Part shown: piece by piece, positions 38,430-48,628 of the stretch
Layout of the letters: every line of letters starts with the position of its first letter
Position numbering within the stretch: position 1 is the stretch's first letter
Source of the DNA: a virus
Taxonomy: Duplodnaviria > Caudoviricetes
Virus record (IMG/VR): IMGVR_UViG_3300017911_001697
Span: 9,918-73,917 of that record
Length of the DNA: 64,000 bases
Reading direction: 5' to 3' (one strand)
Program-made: the position numbers and the translations under genes
Notes under the pieces: model-generated
Seen by the model: only the letters and a program-made list of their open reading frames with translations
Databases searched by the model: none
What the model was told of the DNA's origin: nothing

Positions 38430-38958
38430 CTTTAAGAGCTTCCAAGAAACCACAGCAAGAGAATGGCAATTGATAGGAAAAGCTCATCGAAAAGAACGCA
38501 AGCATCTTGTGAACAGAATTGTTCAGCAATTAAAACTGCTTGAGGACACTGACGGCGGATTTCCTGTTACCATACTAGAACACTGCCTACAAACTGCTAC
38601 TCGAGCTTATCGTGCTGGTGAGGATGACGAGTATATTGCAGTTGCTTTATTGCATGATATTGGCGATGCAGTGAGTCCTGAAAACCATGGCGAAGTTGTT
38701 GCAGCCATGCTAAAACCTTATATAAGTGAAGCAAACTATTTTTTACTCAAAAACCACACTGACTTTCAAGGATATTACTACTACCACTACATAGGTAAAG
38801 ATCGAAACGCCCGCGATCAATACACTGACAGTCCTCACTATGAACACACTGAAAAATTTTGCAGACTGTATGATAGCCAAAGTTTTGATGCAACTTACAA
38901 ATCTGAACCATTAGAATTTTTTATTCCTTATATTGAAAAACTGTTAAGTAAAAACTAG
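38416..38958 (+). CDS. HD-domain metalloenzyme, PhnZ/TmpB-like
   Basis: LEHCLQTATRA, ALLHDIGD, NHGE and NHTDFQGYYY motifs. Confidence 0.75.
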   Translation: MRVTNFKSFQETTAREWQLIGKAHRKERKHLVNRIVQQLKLLEDTDGGFPVTILEHCLQTATRAYRAGEDDEYIAVALLHDIGDAVSPENHGEVVAAMLKPYISEANYFLLKNHTDFQGYYYYHYIGKDRNARDQYTDSPHYEHTEKFCRLYDSQSFDATYKSEPLEFFIPYIEKLLSKN

Positions 38959-38971
38959 TTTTAATTTTTGC

Positions 38972-38979
38972 GATAAATA
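38972..38979 (+). promoter_or_regulatory. Late promoter GATAAATA
   Basis: Upstream of the tape measure gene. Confidence 0.6.
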
Positions 38980-38998
38980 CATGCAAAGAGGATTCTAA

Positions 38999-41900
38999 AT
39001 GGCTGACGTCGTAATGCCGGAGGGCAACGTTGTAAAAATACCAGACTTTGCTCTGGAAAGTACTGCTCAGCAGATGCTGAAGCAACTGTCTGTCCTTGAT
39101 CAAAATAACAGCAAAGCACATGCTGCTCTGCTAAAACAAGCACAAGATGACGCCAAAAATACTGAAAAATTTCGCAAAGACGACGAATCTGACAGAGAAG
39201 ATTTATACAAAGCCACTCTTGACATTGCCAAAGCAGTCAGAGAACAATCCAAAGCATCTGCAGACAAACCAGGTTTAGAAGGAATCAGCGTAGGTGCAGA
39301 ACTACCTCAAACACTAACACGTTTAGCACAAGGTGCTAACACCACTGCAACTCACATAGACAATGTTGGGCAAAGTGCAGGGGTCAGCAGTGAAGCCATT
39401 GAAAACATGGGCGACACATCAGATGCTGCTAGAGAGCAATTAGACAAATTTAACAAAAGTGCTGCTGTAGGCGAAAAAGCATTTGTGATGTTTTATGACT
39501 CTGCTATGACTACAGCCAAAACATTAGTTGGTGCAGCAGTAGTTTATGGTGGTTTATTATTAGATAGTTTTACAGGCTTAGGCGAACAACTCAATAATTT
39601 AACCAGAGAAGGTGTTGGCTTTACTGACGGTTTATCATCAGGTGGCATGAGTGCCACAGGTGCAATGATGGAACTGAGCGGCATGGGCCTCAATGCTGTG
39701 AGTACATTAAGCACATTTAGTAGTGTTGTACAAAGCATGGGCAAAGGCCCGTTTGTACAGTTAACAGAGTCATTTAAAGATGCAACCAACGCTGGTGTTG
39801 ACTTAGGTATGTCGCTGGAAGACAGTGTTTCTAGAATGGGTGCAGAAATGCAGAAACGTCAGTTAATGGGTGCACTAGATGGCGTTAATCAGCAAAGATT
39901 ACAGAAAACAATTACCACAAGTATTAGGAATCAACAGAAATATTCGGCTGCTTTAGGTGTTTCTACAGACGAATTAGTTGCTTTTACTGACTCGTTGTTA
40001 AGCCAAACTCCTGCTTTAACCGCTAATTTAATGCGTTTAAATGCAGACTTGCGTAATCAAGTAATAGGTGGAATCACCGATTTCGGTACCGCTATGCGTG
40101 GTTTAGGCGGCGAAGAAGGCGGAGCAATAGCAGAAGCAATGACAGAGGCTGCAGCTTCGGGTGCTATGGGCTTCAGTGAAAGCATGACAGGTTATATCAC
40201 TGCATTACCAAGTTTAGCAGGCCCAATGAACGATTATATTAGTGCTATCCAAGCAGGTACACTGAGCCAGGAAGACGCAGATCAAATGGCACAAGACATT
40301 GCAACACAATTAGGCAATGTTAGTGCTGCAGAAAAGAACAGAATATTTGCACTTGCTAGGGCAGGCGATGCTCAAGCAGAAAGCATGGCCAAGGCTATTG
40401 CACAGTTTGAACAATCTGAGAAAAAATTAAAAGACATGAACAAAGGCTTTGAAATGTCAGAAGTACAAAAAGGTACTAACATGTTAACAAAGATTGTAAA
40501 AGAATTCACAGGAACTTTCGAAGCAATGAAAACAGGCTTCTTGGTTGGATTTGCTAGTGTAGGTGATGCAGGCGAAACAATTTCTGAATCACTCAAGGAA
40601 GCACAAAAAATTATAGTAAGTGCCCTAGGCGATACATTTGCAGATGTATTTGGTGGCACCGGCGATGCGTTTACAGATTTAACTGATGGTGCAAAAGGCT
40701 TTGGCGCACAATTAGGTAAAAAGTTACCTGATATGATTAAGAGTGTAGCCGAAAGTGTTGCAGGATTTATTAAAGACATACCATCCATAGTTGACAGCGT
40801 TAAAAGTTTTGTTAGCGGCTTTATGAGCGTGATGAAAGTTGTGGGCATGGTGATATCTCCTGTTATATCTGTGTTTAAATTCTTAGCAGGTGTAATAGAA
40901 ACATTAGCATCTGTGGTTGGTTTTGTGTTAACACCGTTCACAGCATTAGGCAGTTGGTTAGGCGGCTTCTTAGGAGACACTGCTGACAAAGCCGGCGGCT
41001 TTGCAAACATATTAGGTAAACTCACAGGTATAGCAATCACACTGTTTGGTGCATTTAAACTTGCAAGTGGTGTTATGTTTTTGTTCGGTAAGAGCATGCC
41101 AAGCATGTTTGCTAACATGGGCAAGTCCATGATGGAAGGCGCCAAGAACATGATGAGTGGCTTAGGTAACAAAATCAACAAAGCAACTGGCGGCAAATTA
41201 GATCAAGTGTTTGGCAAGGCCAAGGAAAAATTAACAGGCAAAGCCAAAGAAATGGACATGGGCTCAAAAGCCATGGACTCAGCAACTAAAAAATCTAAGA
41301 GTTTCACAAAGACATTAGCAACAGGCATGAAAGATATATCCAAAGGTGTATCAAACATGTTAACAAATCTAAGTAAAGGTATCAGCAATTCTGTGAGCAA
41401 TATTGCTAAAGGCATACAAAAAGGTATAAGTGCATTAAGCAAAGGTATTGCAGACGCAGGCAAAGGCATTGGTACAGGAATTGGTGGATTGCTAAAAGGA
41501 ACACTAACAGGTTTAGGGCAAGGATTACAAGTATTAGGTAACCCTAAAGTATTACTAGGTGTTGCAGCACTTACAGGCATAGGAGCCGCAATGTTTGTTG
41601 CAGGAAAAGCATTCCAGCAGTTTGCAGACATTAATTGGGCAGGTGTAGCCGCAGGTGCAGTAGCATTAGGTATATTAGGTGGTGCGGCAGCATTAATAGC
41701 ACCTTTTGCAGTTCCGATGGCTATAGGAGCCGCGGCAATTGGTGCATTAGGTTTAGCACTGGTTCCGTTTGCGGCTGCAGTTAAGATAGCAGCACCAGCA
41801 ATGGTTGAACTGATGGGCAGTTTCAAACTGCTCAACGAAGTAGATCCTAAAAACTTATTGTTACTAGGACCAGGATTAGTATCATTAGCAGCCGGTATGG

Positions 41901-42691
41901 CAGCATTCAGTGCAGGCGGTTTAATAGGCAGTGTACTTGATGGATTAGGCAAACTGTTCGGCAGTGACTCACCGTTTGATAAACTTGCTAAGATTGGAGT
42001 GGCAGCACCAGCAATAGTTCAAATGACAGACAACATGAACAACATGGGTCAAACAGTTGATAACTTTAATTCAGCAATTGAACAACTCGACGGAAAAGCT
42101 GCAGGCGAACAATTTGGCATGATAGCAAAAGGTATAGACAAGTTAAACGAGTCTATGGACAACATCAACATGATGGACCTAGTCAAAATGGCTGCTATGA
42201 AAACGTTCGGACCAATAAGACAAGAACTAGAACCAGAACAAGAGGCACTAGCAGGCGTAAATGCAGAATATGGCGATGATATAACAGAACCAACAGGTCC
42301 TACTGTGAACAAAATGGATATCAAGCCACGTGCAGAAATGAATGCGTATGAACGCAAACGAGCTAGACAACAACGCAGAGAAGAAACCATGGCCCGCGGC
42401 GGCATTGCTGCTGGTGTAAGCGAACAAGATGCTCAACGTGCAAGAGCACAGGCACCACAGGTGGCTGCACTCAATAATCCAACTGCCGCAAGTGCAGTCG
42501 ACACTCAGACAGCAACAAAAACAGTGATATCTGGCACTGATGATCCTATTGCACAATCAATGTCCAGAACAGGATCAGATCAAAACTCTTTAACTGATGC
42601 ACTAGAACGCATGGTTGCTAAACAAGAACAAACTAATGCATTGCTCAAGAAAGGCAATCGTATTTCTTCAGATGGTTTTGAAGAATTCTAA
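38999..42691 (+). CDS. Tape measure protein (1230 aa)
   Basis: Long Ala/Gly-rich helical protein with an amphipathic repeat region; located before the portal gene. Confidence 0.75.
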   Translation: MADVVMPEGNVVKIPDFALESTAQQMLKQLSVLDQNNSKAHAALLKQAQDDAKNTEKFRKDDESDREDLYKATLDIAKAVREQSKASADKPGLEGISVGAELPQTLTRLAQGANTTATHIDNVGQSAGVSSEAIENMGDTSDAAREQLDKFNKSAAVGEKAFVMFYDSAMTTAKTLVGAAVVYGGLLLDSFTGLGEQLNNLTREGVGFTDGLSSGGMSATGAMMELSGMGLNAVSTLSTFSSVVQSMGKGPFVQLTESFKDATNAGVDLGMSLEDSVSRMGAEMQKRQLMGALDGVNQQRLQKTITTSIRNQQKYSAALGVSTDELVAFTDSLLSQTPALTANLMRLNADLRNQVIGGITDFGTAMRGLGGEEGGAIAEAMTEAAASGAMGFSESMTGYITALPSLAGPMNDYISAIQAGTLSQEDADQMAQDIATQLGNVSAAEKNRIFALARAGDAQAESMAKAIAQFEQSEKKLKDMNKGFEMSEVQKGTNMLTKIVKEFTGTFEAMKTGFLVGFASVGDAGETISESLKEAQKIIVSALGDTFADVFGGTGDAFTDLTDGAKGFGAQLGKKLPDMIKSVAESVAGFIKDIPSIVDSVKSFVSGFMSVMKVVGMVISPVISVFKFLAGVIETLASVVGFVLTPFTALGSWLGGFLGDTADKAGGFANILGKLTGIAITLFGAFKLASGVMFLFGKSMPSMFANMGKSMMEGAKNMMSGLGNKINKATGGKLDQVFGKAKEKLTGKAKEMDMGSKAMDSATKKSKSFTKTLATGMKDISKGVSNMLTNLSKGISNSVSNIAKGIQKGISALSKGIADAGKGIGTGIGGLLKGTLTGLGQGLQVLGNPKVLLGVAALTGIGAAMFVAGKAFQQFADINWAGVAAGAVALGILGGAAALIAPFAVPMAIGAAAIGALGLALVPFAAAVKIAAPAMVELMGSFKLLNEVDPKNLLLLGPGLVSLAAGMAAFSAGGLIGSVLDGLGKLFGSDSPFDKLAKIGVAAPAIVQMTDNMNNMGQTVDNFNSAIEQLDGKAAGEQFGMIAKGIDKLNESMDNINMMDLVKMAAMKTFGPIRQELEPEQEALAGVNAEYGDDITEPTGPTVNKMDIKPRAEMNAYERKRARQQRREETMARGGIAAGVSEQDAQRARAQAPQVAALNNPTAASAVDTQTATKTVISGTDDPIAQSMSRTGSDQNSLTDALERMVAKQEQTNALLKKGNRISSDGFEEF

Positions 42692-42713
42692 TTTCAATAT
42701 AAATTTTTAATAC

Positions 42714-42741
42714 TTGACTTAAAGATAAATAGTGCTATAAT
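42714..42741 (+). promoter_or_regulatory. Overlapping sigma70-type (TTGACT-N16-TATAAT, TGn extended -10) and late (GATAAATA 42724-42731) promoters
   Basis: Both motifs visible upstream of the portal gene. Confidence 0.55.
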
Positions 42742-42754
42742 ATAGGACTAATAT

Positions 42755-44464
42755 ATGAGTTGGCGAAAACATTTTACACCATACGATAACAGCGGATTAC
42801 CGCTAAACGTACAATCTAACAACACTGACAGCAGTTTTGGCGCCGCATCTACCAGCAGGTATAGCAGCTGGCTTCCAGAAGTGTATGCAGGTAGCCCAAA
42901 CAGATTGATGCGTTATATCCAGTATGATCAAATGGACAGCGACTTAGAAGTAAACGCCGCACTAGACACCATTGCTGAATTCGGAACACAAGAAAACGAA
43001 TACAGCGGTTTACCATTTGACATTGAGTACATTGAAAGTCCTAGTGATACTGAAGCAAAAATCATTGACAAAACACTGCACAACTGGGTAAGACTAAACA
43101 AGATGCACAAACGTGCATTCCGCATGTTTAGAAGTGTTTGTAAATATGGCGACCAGTTCTTTATCAGAGATCCAGAAACATATGAATTATACTGGGTTGA
43201 TCCTGCAAACATCGAAAAGGTTATTGTAAACGAAAGTGAAGGTAAGAAAATTGAAACTTACTTTATCAAAAACCTAGAACCTAACTTTGCAGAACAAGTT
43301 GCAACAGATGCAGCCGCATTGCATGCAAGACCATACGGTAGCGGACAAGGCATTGCAGGCATCATGGGTCCTGTGAACAGTCAAGCAAGCAATTACTTAA
43401 CAGGTGCTATAGATGGTGTAGATCAAGGTGTGCCTGTGGATGCCAAACATATTGTGCATGTCAGCCTTACAGAAGGTATGGATCATTCATGGCCATTTGG
43501 TGTCAGCATACTTGAACCTATCTTTAAAGTGTTCAAGCAAAAAGAATTATTAGAAGATTCAATTATTATTTACAGAGTGCACAGAGCACCTGAAAGACGT
43601 GTGTTTTTCATTGATGTAGGTAATATGCCTGCACACAAAGCACAGCAATACTTAGAACGTGTAAAATACGAAGTACAGCAAAAACGTGTGCCTAATCAAA
43701 AAGGTGACGGCAGCAGTGTAACAGATGCTGCATACAACCCAATGAGCATGCTGGAAGATTACTTCTTTGCTCAAACAGCAGATGGCAGAGGTTCTAAAGT
43801 AGACACACTGCCGGGTGGTGAGAACTTAGGGCAAATTGATGACTTAAGATACTTCAACAACAAACTGTTACGTGGTTTGCGTATTCCAGCAAGTTATCTG
43901 CCAACAGGCCCAGATGACGGGTCAGCACAATACAATGATGGCAAAGTGGGTGTTGCATACATTCAAGAATACAGATTTGCAAAATATGTAGAAAGACTGC
44001 AAAAGCAAGTACAAGAAGATTTAGACAGAGAGTTTAAAATGTTCTTGAAGTACAAAGGCATTGACATTGACAATGCTGGCTTTAAGTTGCAGTTTAACAC
44101 CCCAATGAACTTTAGCAGTTACAGAGAATTGCAATTAAACACAGAACGTGCACAAATGTTCAATCAAATTGCAAACTTACCATATATGAGTAAAAGATTT
44201 GCATTACAGAAATATATGGGACTCAGTGACACAGAAATGAAGAACAATGAAGAGCTGTGGCGCGAAGAAAACGACTATTCTAAATATCAAGCAAATGAAA
44301 AAGCAGCAGCATTGAAAAATATAGGTATTAGACCGCAACCAGATGCAGCAGTTGATCCAATGGCAGAACCGGACTTATCTGGCGTTGATATGCCGGTAGA
44401 TCCTGCTCCAGAGGTAAATACTGATGTAGGAGGAGAAGTACCTCCAGCAGAAGGCGGAATTTAA
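42755..44464 (+). CDS. gp20: Portal vertex protein
   Basis: EDSIIIYRVHRAPERRVFFIDVGNMP, MLEDYFF, RGSKVDTLPGG motifs. Confidence 0.95.
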   Translation: MSWRKHFTPYDNSGLPLNVQSNNTDSSFGAASTSRYSSWLPEVYAGSPNRLMRYIQYDQMDSDLEVNAALDTIAEFGTQENEYSGLPFDIEYIESPSDTEAKIIDKTLHNWVRLNKMHKRAFRMFRSVCKYGDQFFIRDPETYELYWVDPANIEKVIVNESEGKKIETYFIKNLEPNFAEQVATDAAALHARPYGSGQGIAGIMGPVNSQASNYLTGAIDGVDQGVPVDAKHIVHVSLTEGMDHSWPFGVSILEPIFKVFKQKELLEDSIIIYRVHRAPERRVFFIDVGNMPAHKAQQYLERVKYEVQQKRVPNQKGDGSSVTDAAYNPMSMLEDYFFAQTADGRGSKVDTLPGGENLGQIDDLRYFNNKLLRGLRIPASYLPTGPDDGSAQYNDGKVGVAYIQEYRFAKYVERLQKQVQEDLDREFKMFLKYKGIDIDNAGFKLQFNTPMNFSSYRELQLNTERAQMFNQIANLPYMSKRFALQKYMGLSDTEMKNNEELWREENDYSKYQANEKAAALKNIGIRPQPDAAVDPMAEPDLSGVDMPVDPAPEVNTDVGGEVPPAEGGI

Positions 44465-44465
44465 T

Positions 44466-44669
44466 ATGAAAATAGTAGAATTTTATGAACCAAAGAATGA
44501 TCAGGAAACTTTGCGTTCTAAGGAAGATACTAGAAAGCCTAAACTCACACTCAAAGAGTTAAACAAACTGCGTAAGGTTCGTGAAATAGCTCGTGCAGAA
44601 CAAATAGAACACAACAAATTTGTTAAAGTAATGTACAAACAAGCATCAGACGAACAGCCAGCACTGTAA
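44466..44669 (+). CDS. Small basic head-assembly-region protein (67 aa)
   Basis: Immediately follows the portal gene; TRKPKLTLKELNKLRK. Confidence 0.65.
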   Translation: MKIVEFYEPKNDQETLRSKEDTRKPKLTLKELNKLRKVREIARAEQIEHNKFVKVMYKQASDEQPAL

Positions 44670-44836
44670 ACACTTCAAAAACACTTCAAATGTCAAAAAA
44701 TGTCATTATGACATCTTTTTGATCAAAAAAACACCATTATAACACATATATTACAGATTTCTATAAGTATATAGTAATCTAATAATTTGCACGAGTATGC
44801 AAAATGTTAGCATTAAATTTTTTAAAGGAGGCCACA

Positions 44837-45607
44837 ATGTCTACAAAATTAGAACAAATTTTAGAACTTCTCCTTGCTGAAGAAAACGAAAAAGCAGAAG
44901 AAATGCTTCATGAGTATGTAGTTGATAAAGCTCGTGCTCAATACGAAAGTCTTTTAGACGAAGAAGTCGAGGAAGATGAAGTAGTTGAAGAAGAAGCTGC
45001 TGAAGAAGTTGACGAAGCAGAAGAAGCAGAATTAGAAGAAACTGAGGAAGTTGACGAAGTTATCGATCAAAGCAATGATTTTGAAGATGACGTGTTAGCG
45101 GACGAAGAAGAAATTGAAGCCGATGAAATCGGTGAAGAAGACGAAGACGAAGATGCAATGCCAATGGACGAGCCTATGGGCGATGACGACGAAGGCGAAG
45201 AAGATCTCGAAGACAAAGTTGACGATATCGCAGACGAGTTAGAGTCTTTGAAAGCAGAATTCGATGCTTTAATGAATGACAAAGAGTCAGACGAAGAAGA
45301 AGCAGAAATGGATGCAGACGCTGAAGAACTTGATCTTGAGTCAGTTGAATATGACTTAGATGAAGCAGAAGAAGCAGAAGAAGAAGTTGTCGAAGAAGCC
45401 ACTAAGTTAAGCAACGCAGTTGCAGCACCTAAGGGCGGCGAAGCAGACAGCAATGAGTCACCATACACAAAAGCACCTAAGAAAACATCAGTGCAAGGCG
45501 CAGGTTCACCTGTAAAAGCAAAAGATGGTTCAGAAGGTAACAAAGGTGAATCAGCAAAAGATCACACACCTACAGACAACATTGACGTAGAACCTAAAAA
45601 GGTTTAA
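44837..45607 (+). CDS. Highly acidic prohead core protein (256 aa; start revised to ATG 44837)
   Basis: AAGGAGG RBS; long Glu/Asp-rich tract; sits between portal and protease like T4 gp67/68. Confidence 0.7.
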   Translation: MSTKLEQILELLLAEENEKAEEMLHEYVVDKARAQYESLLDEEVEEDEVVEEEAAEEVDEAEEAELEETEEVDEVIDQSNDFEDDVLADEEEIEADEIGEEDEDEDAMPMDEPMGDDDEGEEDLEDKVDDIADELESLKAEFDALMNDKESDEEEAEMDADAEELDLESVEYDLDEAEEAEEEVVEEATKLSNAVAAPKGGEADSNESPYTKAPKKTSVQGAGSPVKAKDGSEGNKGESAKDHTPTDNIDVEPKKV

Positions 45608-45633
45608 TTGAAATTACTGTAGGAGAGTAAATT

Positions 45634-46260
45634 ATGCAAATCCGTAAACTTTACGAATACATGAGTCCAGATGCTGCCAAAGTGCAGATTATGGAATCCG
45701 AAGACGGCAAAGACCTGTTTATGGCAGGCCTTTTCATCCAAGGTGACGTAAAAAATCAAAATGGAAGAGTATATCCTAAACAGGAAATACAAAAAGCCGT
45801 TGAGAGTGTTCGTAGCCGTTTAGGCAAAGGCGAAACTGTTTTAGGTGAGTTAGATCATCCAGAAGAGTTACAAATTAACCTAGACAGAGTTAGTCATATC
45901 ATTACAGAAATGCATTGCAATGACAGCGACGGTATTGGCAAATTAAAAATCATAGATACCCCAATGGGGAATATTGCGAAAGCATTATTGAAAGCAGGCG
46001 CGAAACTGGGCGTTTCAAGTAGAGGCAGCGGTAACGTTAACGAATCAGGTAAAGTATCTGATTTTGATATCATTACTGTTGACATTGTGGCCCAGCCCAG
46101 TGCACCGGATGCTTACCCAAAGACAATCTATGAGAGTTTATTTAACATGCGAGGCGGTGCCGTTATACACGAAACCGCTACAGCAGTTACACACGACAAA
46201 AGTGCAGAAATACACTTGGCTAGGCAGATACAAAGCCTAATCAATGAACTAAAAATATAA
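45634..46260 (+). CDS. gp21: Prohead protease
   Basis: LGELDHP, LGVSSRGSG, DIVAQPSAPDAY motifs. Confidence 0.95.
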   Translation: MQIRKLYEYMSPDAAKVQIMESEDGKDLFMAGLFIQGDVKNQNGRVYPKQEIQKAVESVRSRLGKGETVLGELDHPEELQINLDRVSHIITEMHCNDSDGIGKLKIIDTPMGNIAKALLKAGAKLGVSSRGSGNVNESGKVSDFDIITVDIVAQPSAPDAYPKTIYESLFNMRGGAVIHETATAVTHDKSAEIHLARQIQSLINELKI

Positions 46261-46277
46261 GGAAGTAGGAGACTACT

Positions 46278-47390
46278 ATGGCAGTGACATTTACAGACTT
46301 ACTTGAGGGAACAGATTTAACTTCTGAAGTTAAAGCAGCCCTTCAAGAAGCATGGGAGTCAAAAGTTTCCGAAGCAAAAGAAGAGCTTACTGCTGAACTT
46401 CGTGAGGAGTTTGCACAACGTTATGAGCACGATAAAAGCACAATCGTTGAAGCAGTAGATAACTTTATCACAGATAAAGTTACAGCAGAAGTAGCAGAAA
46501 TTGCTGAAGAAAAAGACGCTCTTGCAAAAGACAGAGTCAAATATCGCAAAGCCATTAGTGAACATGCTAAATTATTAGACAAGTTTGTTGTCGAAATGGT
46601 AGCAAAAGAAGTTAAAGAATTGCAAGCAGACAAGGCTAGAGTTAACGAACATGTTGGCAAACTAGACGAGTTTATTACAGAATCTTTAGCATCTGAAATT
46701 GCTGAATTCCATGAAGACAAGAAGTCTTTAGTAGAGCAAAAAGTTAAAATGGTACGTGAAGGTAAGAAACAACTTGCTGAAGCGAAAAAAGATTTTATCC
46801 GCAAAGCAGCTGGCAAAGTTGAAACAACAATCAACAATGTTATCAGTGAAGAGGTTAAAAACTTCCGTAATGACATCACTAAAGCTCGTGAAAATGACTT
46901 TGGACGTCGAATTTTTGAAGCATTCGCTAACGAGTACAACACATCGTACTTGAACGAAAGCAAAGAAATTAAGACATTACAGAGAACACTAGCCGAAATG
47001 GAAACACAACTTAACGAAGCAAAAGAAAGCGTTGAAGCCTCTAACGAAGCAACAGCACTTACTGAAAGCAAGTTAAGAATTGCAGAAGACCGTTATACTC
47101 GTAAAGAAACACTTAACAGTCTACTAGCACCATTAGGCAAAGAGAAGAAAGAAATTATGTCAGACTTACTTGAAAGTGTTAAGACAGAGAACTTAGAGAA
47201 GCAATTCAATAAGTATCTTCCATCTGTTTTAGATGGCGAAACACCAAGAGTGAAAAAGACATTGTCTGAATCAGTAAAGAAAGAACATACTGGTAATAAG
47301 GCAGCTGTTGTAACAGCAGAGGCCGATGACGAAACTGATAATGTAGTCGAGATTGATTACATTAAGAAATTAGCCGGACTTTCAAAATAA
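46278..47390 (+). CDS. gp22: Prohead core scaffold
   Basis: Coiled coil between protease and capsid genes; GRRIFEAFANEY; terminal KKLAGL. Confidence 0.85.
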   Translation: MAVTFTDLLEGTDLTSEVKAALQEAWESKVSEAKEELTAELREEFAQRYEHDKSTIVEAVDNFITDKVTAEVAEIAEEKDALAKDRVKYRKAISEHAKLLDKFVVEMVAKEVKELQADKARVNEHVGKLDEFITESLASEIAEFHEDKKSLVEQKVKMVREGKKQLAEAKKDFIRKAAGKVETTINNVISEEVKNFRNDITKARENDFGRRIFEAFANEYNTSYLNESKEIKTLQRTLAEMETQLNEAKESVEASNEATALTESKLRIAEDRYTRKETLNSLLAPLGKEKKEIMSDLLESVKTENLEKQFNKYLPSVLDGETPRVKKTLSESVKKEHTGNKAAVVTAEADDETDNVVEIDYIKKLAGLSK

Positions 47391-47405
47391 AAGGAGTGAT
47401 TTAAA

Positions 47406-48545
47406 ATGGCAAATTTATTTGAAAGCAACTGGTCCGCAACTAAAGAAGCATTGCTAGAAGGTGTTTCTGGAAACAGAAAATCTTCATTAGATGTGGTCCT
47501 CGAAAATACAAAACGCTATTTGTCAGAGGCTGCAACAACAGGTGCAACAGGTGCGGGTTCAGTCGCAACATTAAACAAAGTTATGTTACCTTTAATCAGA
47601 AGGGTTATGCCTTCAGTTATTGCTAACGAACTAGTAGGTGTACAACCTATGACAGGCCCAGTAGGCCAAATCCATACATTGCGTGTAAGATATGCAGAGA
47701 GTGGTGGTGGTGCTACTGCAGGTGATGAGGCATTAAGCCCATTCAAACTTGCTTCTACATACGCAGGTGCTCCAGATGCTACAGCAGCAGCTGAAGGACA
47801 AGCAGGTAGAAAAATGTCAATCCAAATCTTAAAAGAAACTGTCGAAGCAAAGACAAGACGTTTAAGTGCTAGATGGACATTTGAAGCAGCACAAGATGCA
47901 GAAAGCATGCACGGTGTTGACGTTGAAGCAGAAATCATGCAAGCTCTTGCACAAGAGATTGTTGTTGAAATCGACCAAGAAATTATTGGTTCGCTTCGCT
48001 CATTAGCAGGCGCAGGTACAACTTTAGACTTCTCAAGTTTAAGTGGTACAAGTGTTTACGTTGGTGACCGTCACGCAGCATTAGCAATTGAGATCAACAG
48101 AGCAGCTAACAGAATCGCAGCTAGAACAAGACGCGGTGCTGGTAACTACGTTGTTGTTTCTCCAGAAGCATTGACAATCTTACAAAGTGCGTCAACTTCA
48201 ACATTTGCTAGAACAACTGAAGGTTCTTTCGAAGCACCAACAAACACTAAGTTTGTAGGTACATTGAACGGAACAGTCAGAGTATTCGTAGACAACTACG
48301 CAGCTGACGGTACAAAAGTACTTGTTGGTTACAAAGGTTCAAGCGAATCAGATGCTCCAGCATTCTACTGCCCATATATCCCATTAATGAGCACAGGTCC
48401 AGTTATGGATCCTGCTACATTTGAGCCAGTAGTGAGCTTTATGACACGTTATGGTTATAAAGAACTTACAAACACTGCTTCATCTTTGGGTAACGCAGCA
48501 GATTACGTTGATGCTATCACATTAGCAAACGTATCTTTCCAGTAA
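47406..48545 (+). CDS. gp23: Major capsid protein (379 aa, T4 gp23 family, short form)
   Basis: LIRRVMPSVIANELVGVQPMTGP, AKTRRLSARWTFEAAQD, FYCPYIPL, FMTRYG motifs. Confidence 0.96.
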   Translation: MANLFESNWSATKEALLEGVSGNRKSSLDVVLENTKRYLSEAATTGATGAGSVATLNKVMLPLIRRVMPSVIANELVGVQPMTGPVGQIHTLRVRYAESGGGATAGDEALSPFKLASTYAGAPDATAAAEGQAGRKMSIQILKETVEAKTRRLSARWTFEAAQDAESMHGVDVEAEIMQALAQEIVVEIDQEIIGSLRSLAGAGTTLDFSSLSGTSVYVGDRHAALAIEINRAANRIAARTRRGAGNYVVVSPEALTILQSASTSTFARTTEGSFEAPTNTKFVGTLNGTVRVFVDNYAADGTKVLVGYKGSSESDAPAFYCPYIPLMSTGPVMDPATFEPVVSFMTRYGYKELTNTASSLGNAADYVDAITLANVSFQ

Positions 48546-48567
48546 GAATTATCTTAACGGAGAAAAG

Positions 48568-48593
48568 ACCCCACTTTATGTGGGGTTTTTTTT
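48568..48593 (+). terminator. Intrinsic terminator after the capsid gene
   Basis: ACCCCAC-TTTAT-GTGGGGT followed by a T-tract. Confidence 0.85.
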
Positions 48594-48628
48594 GACTAAA
48601 GATTCATAATAATTTACATAGACACTAT

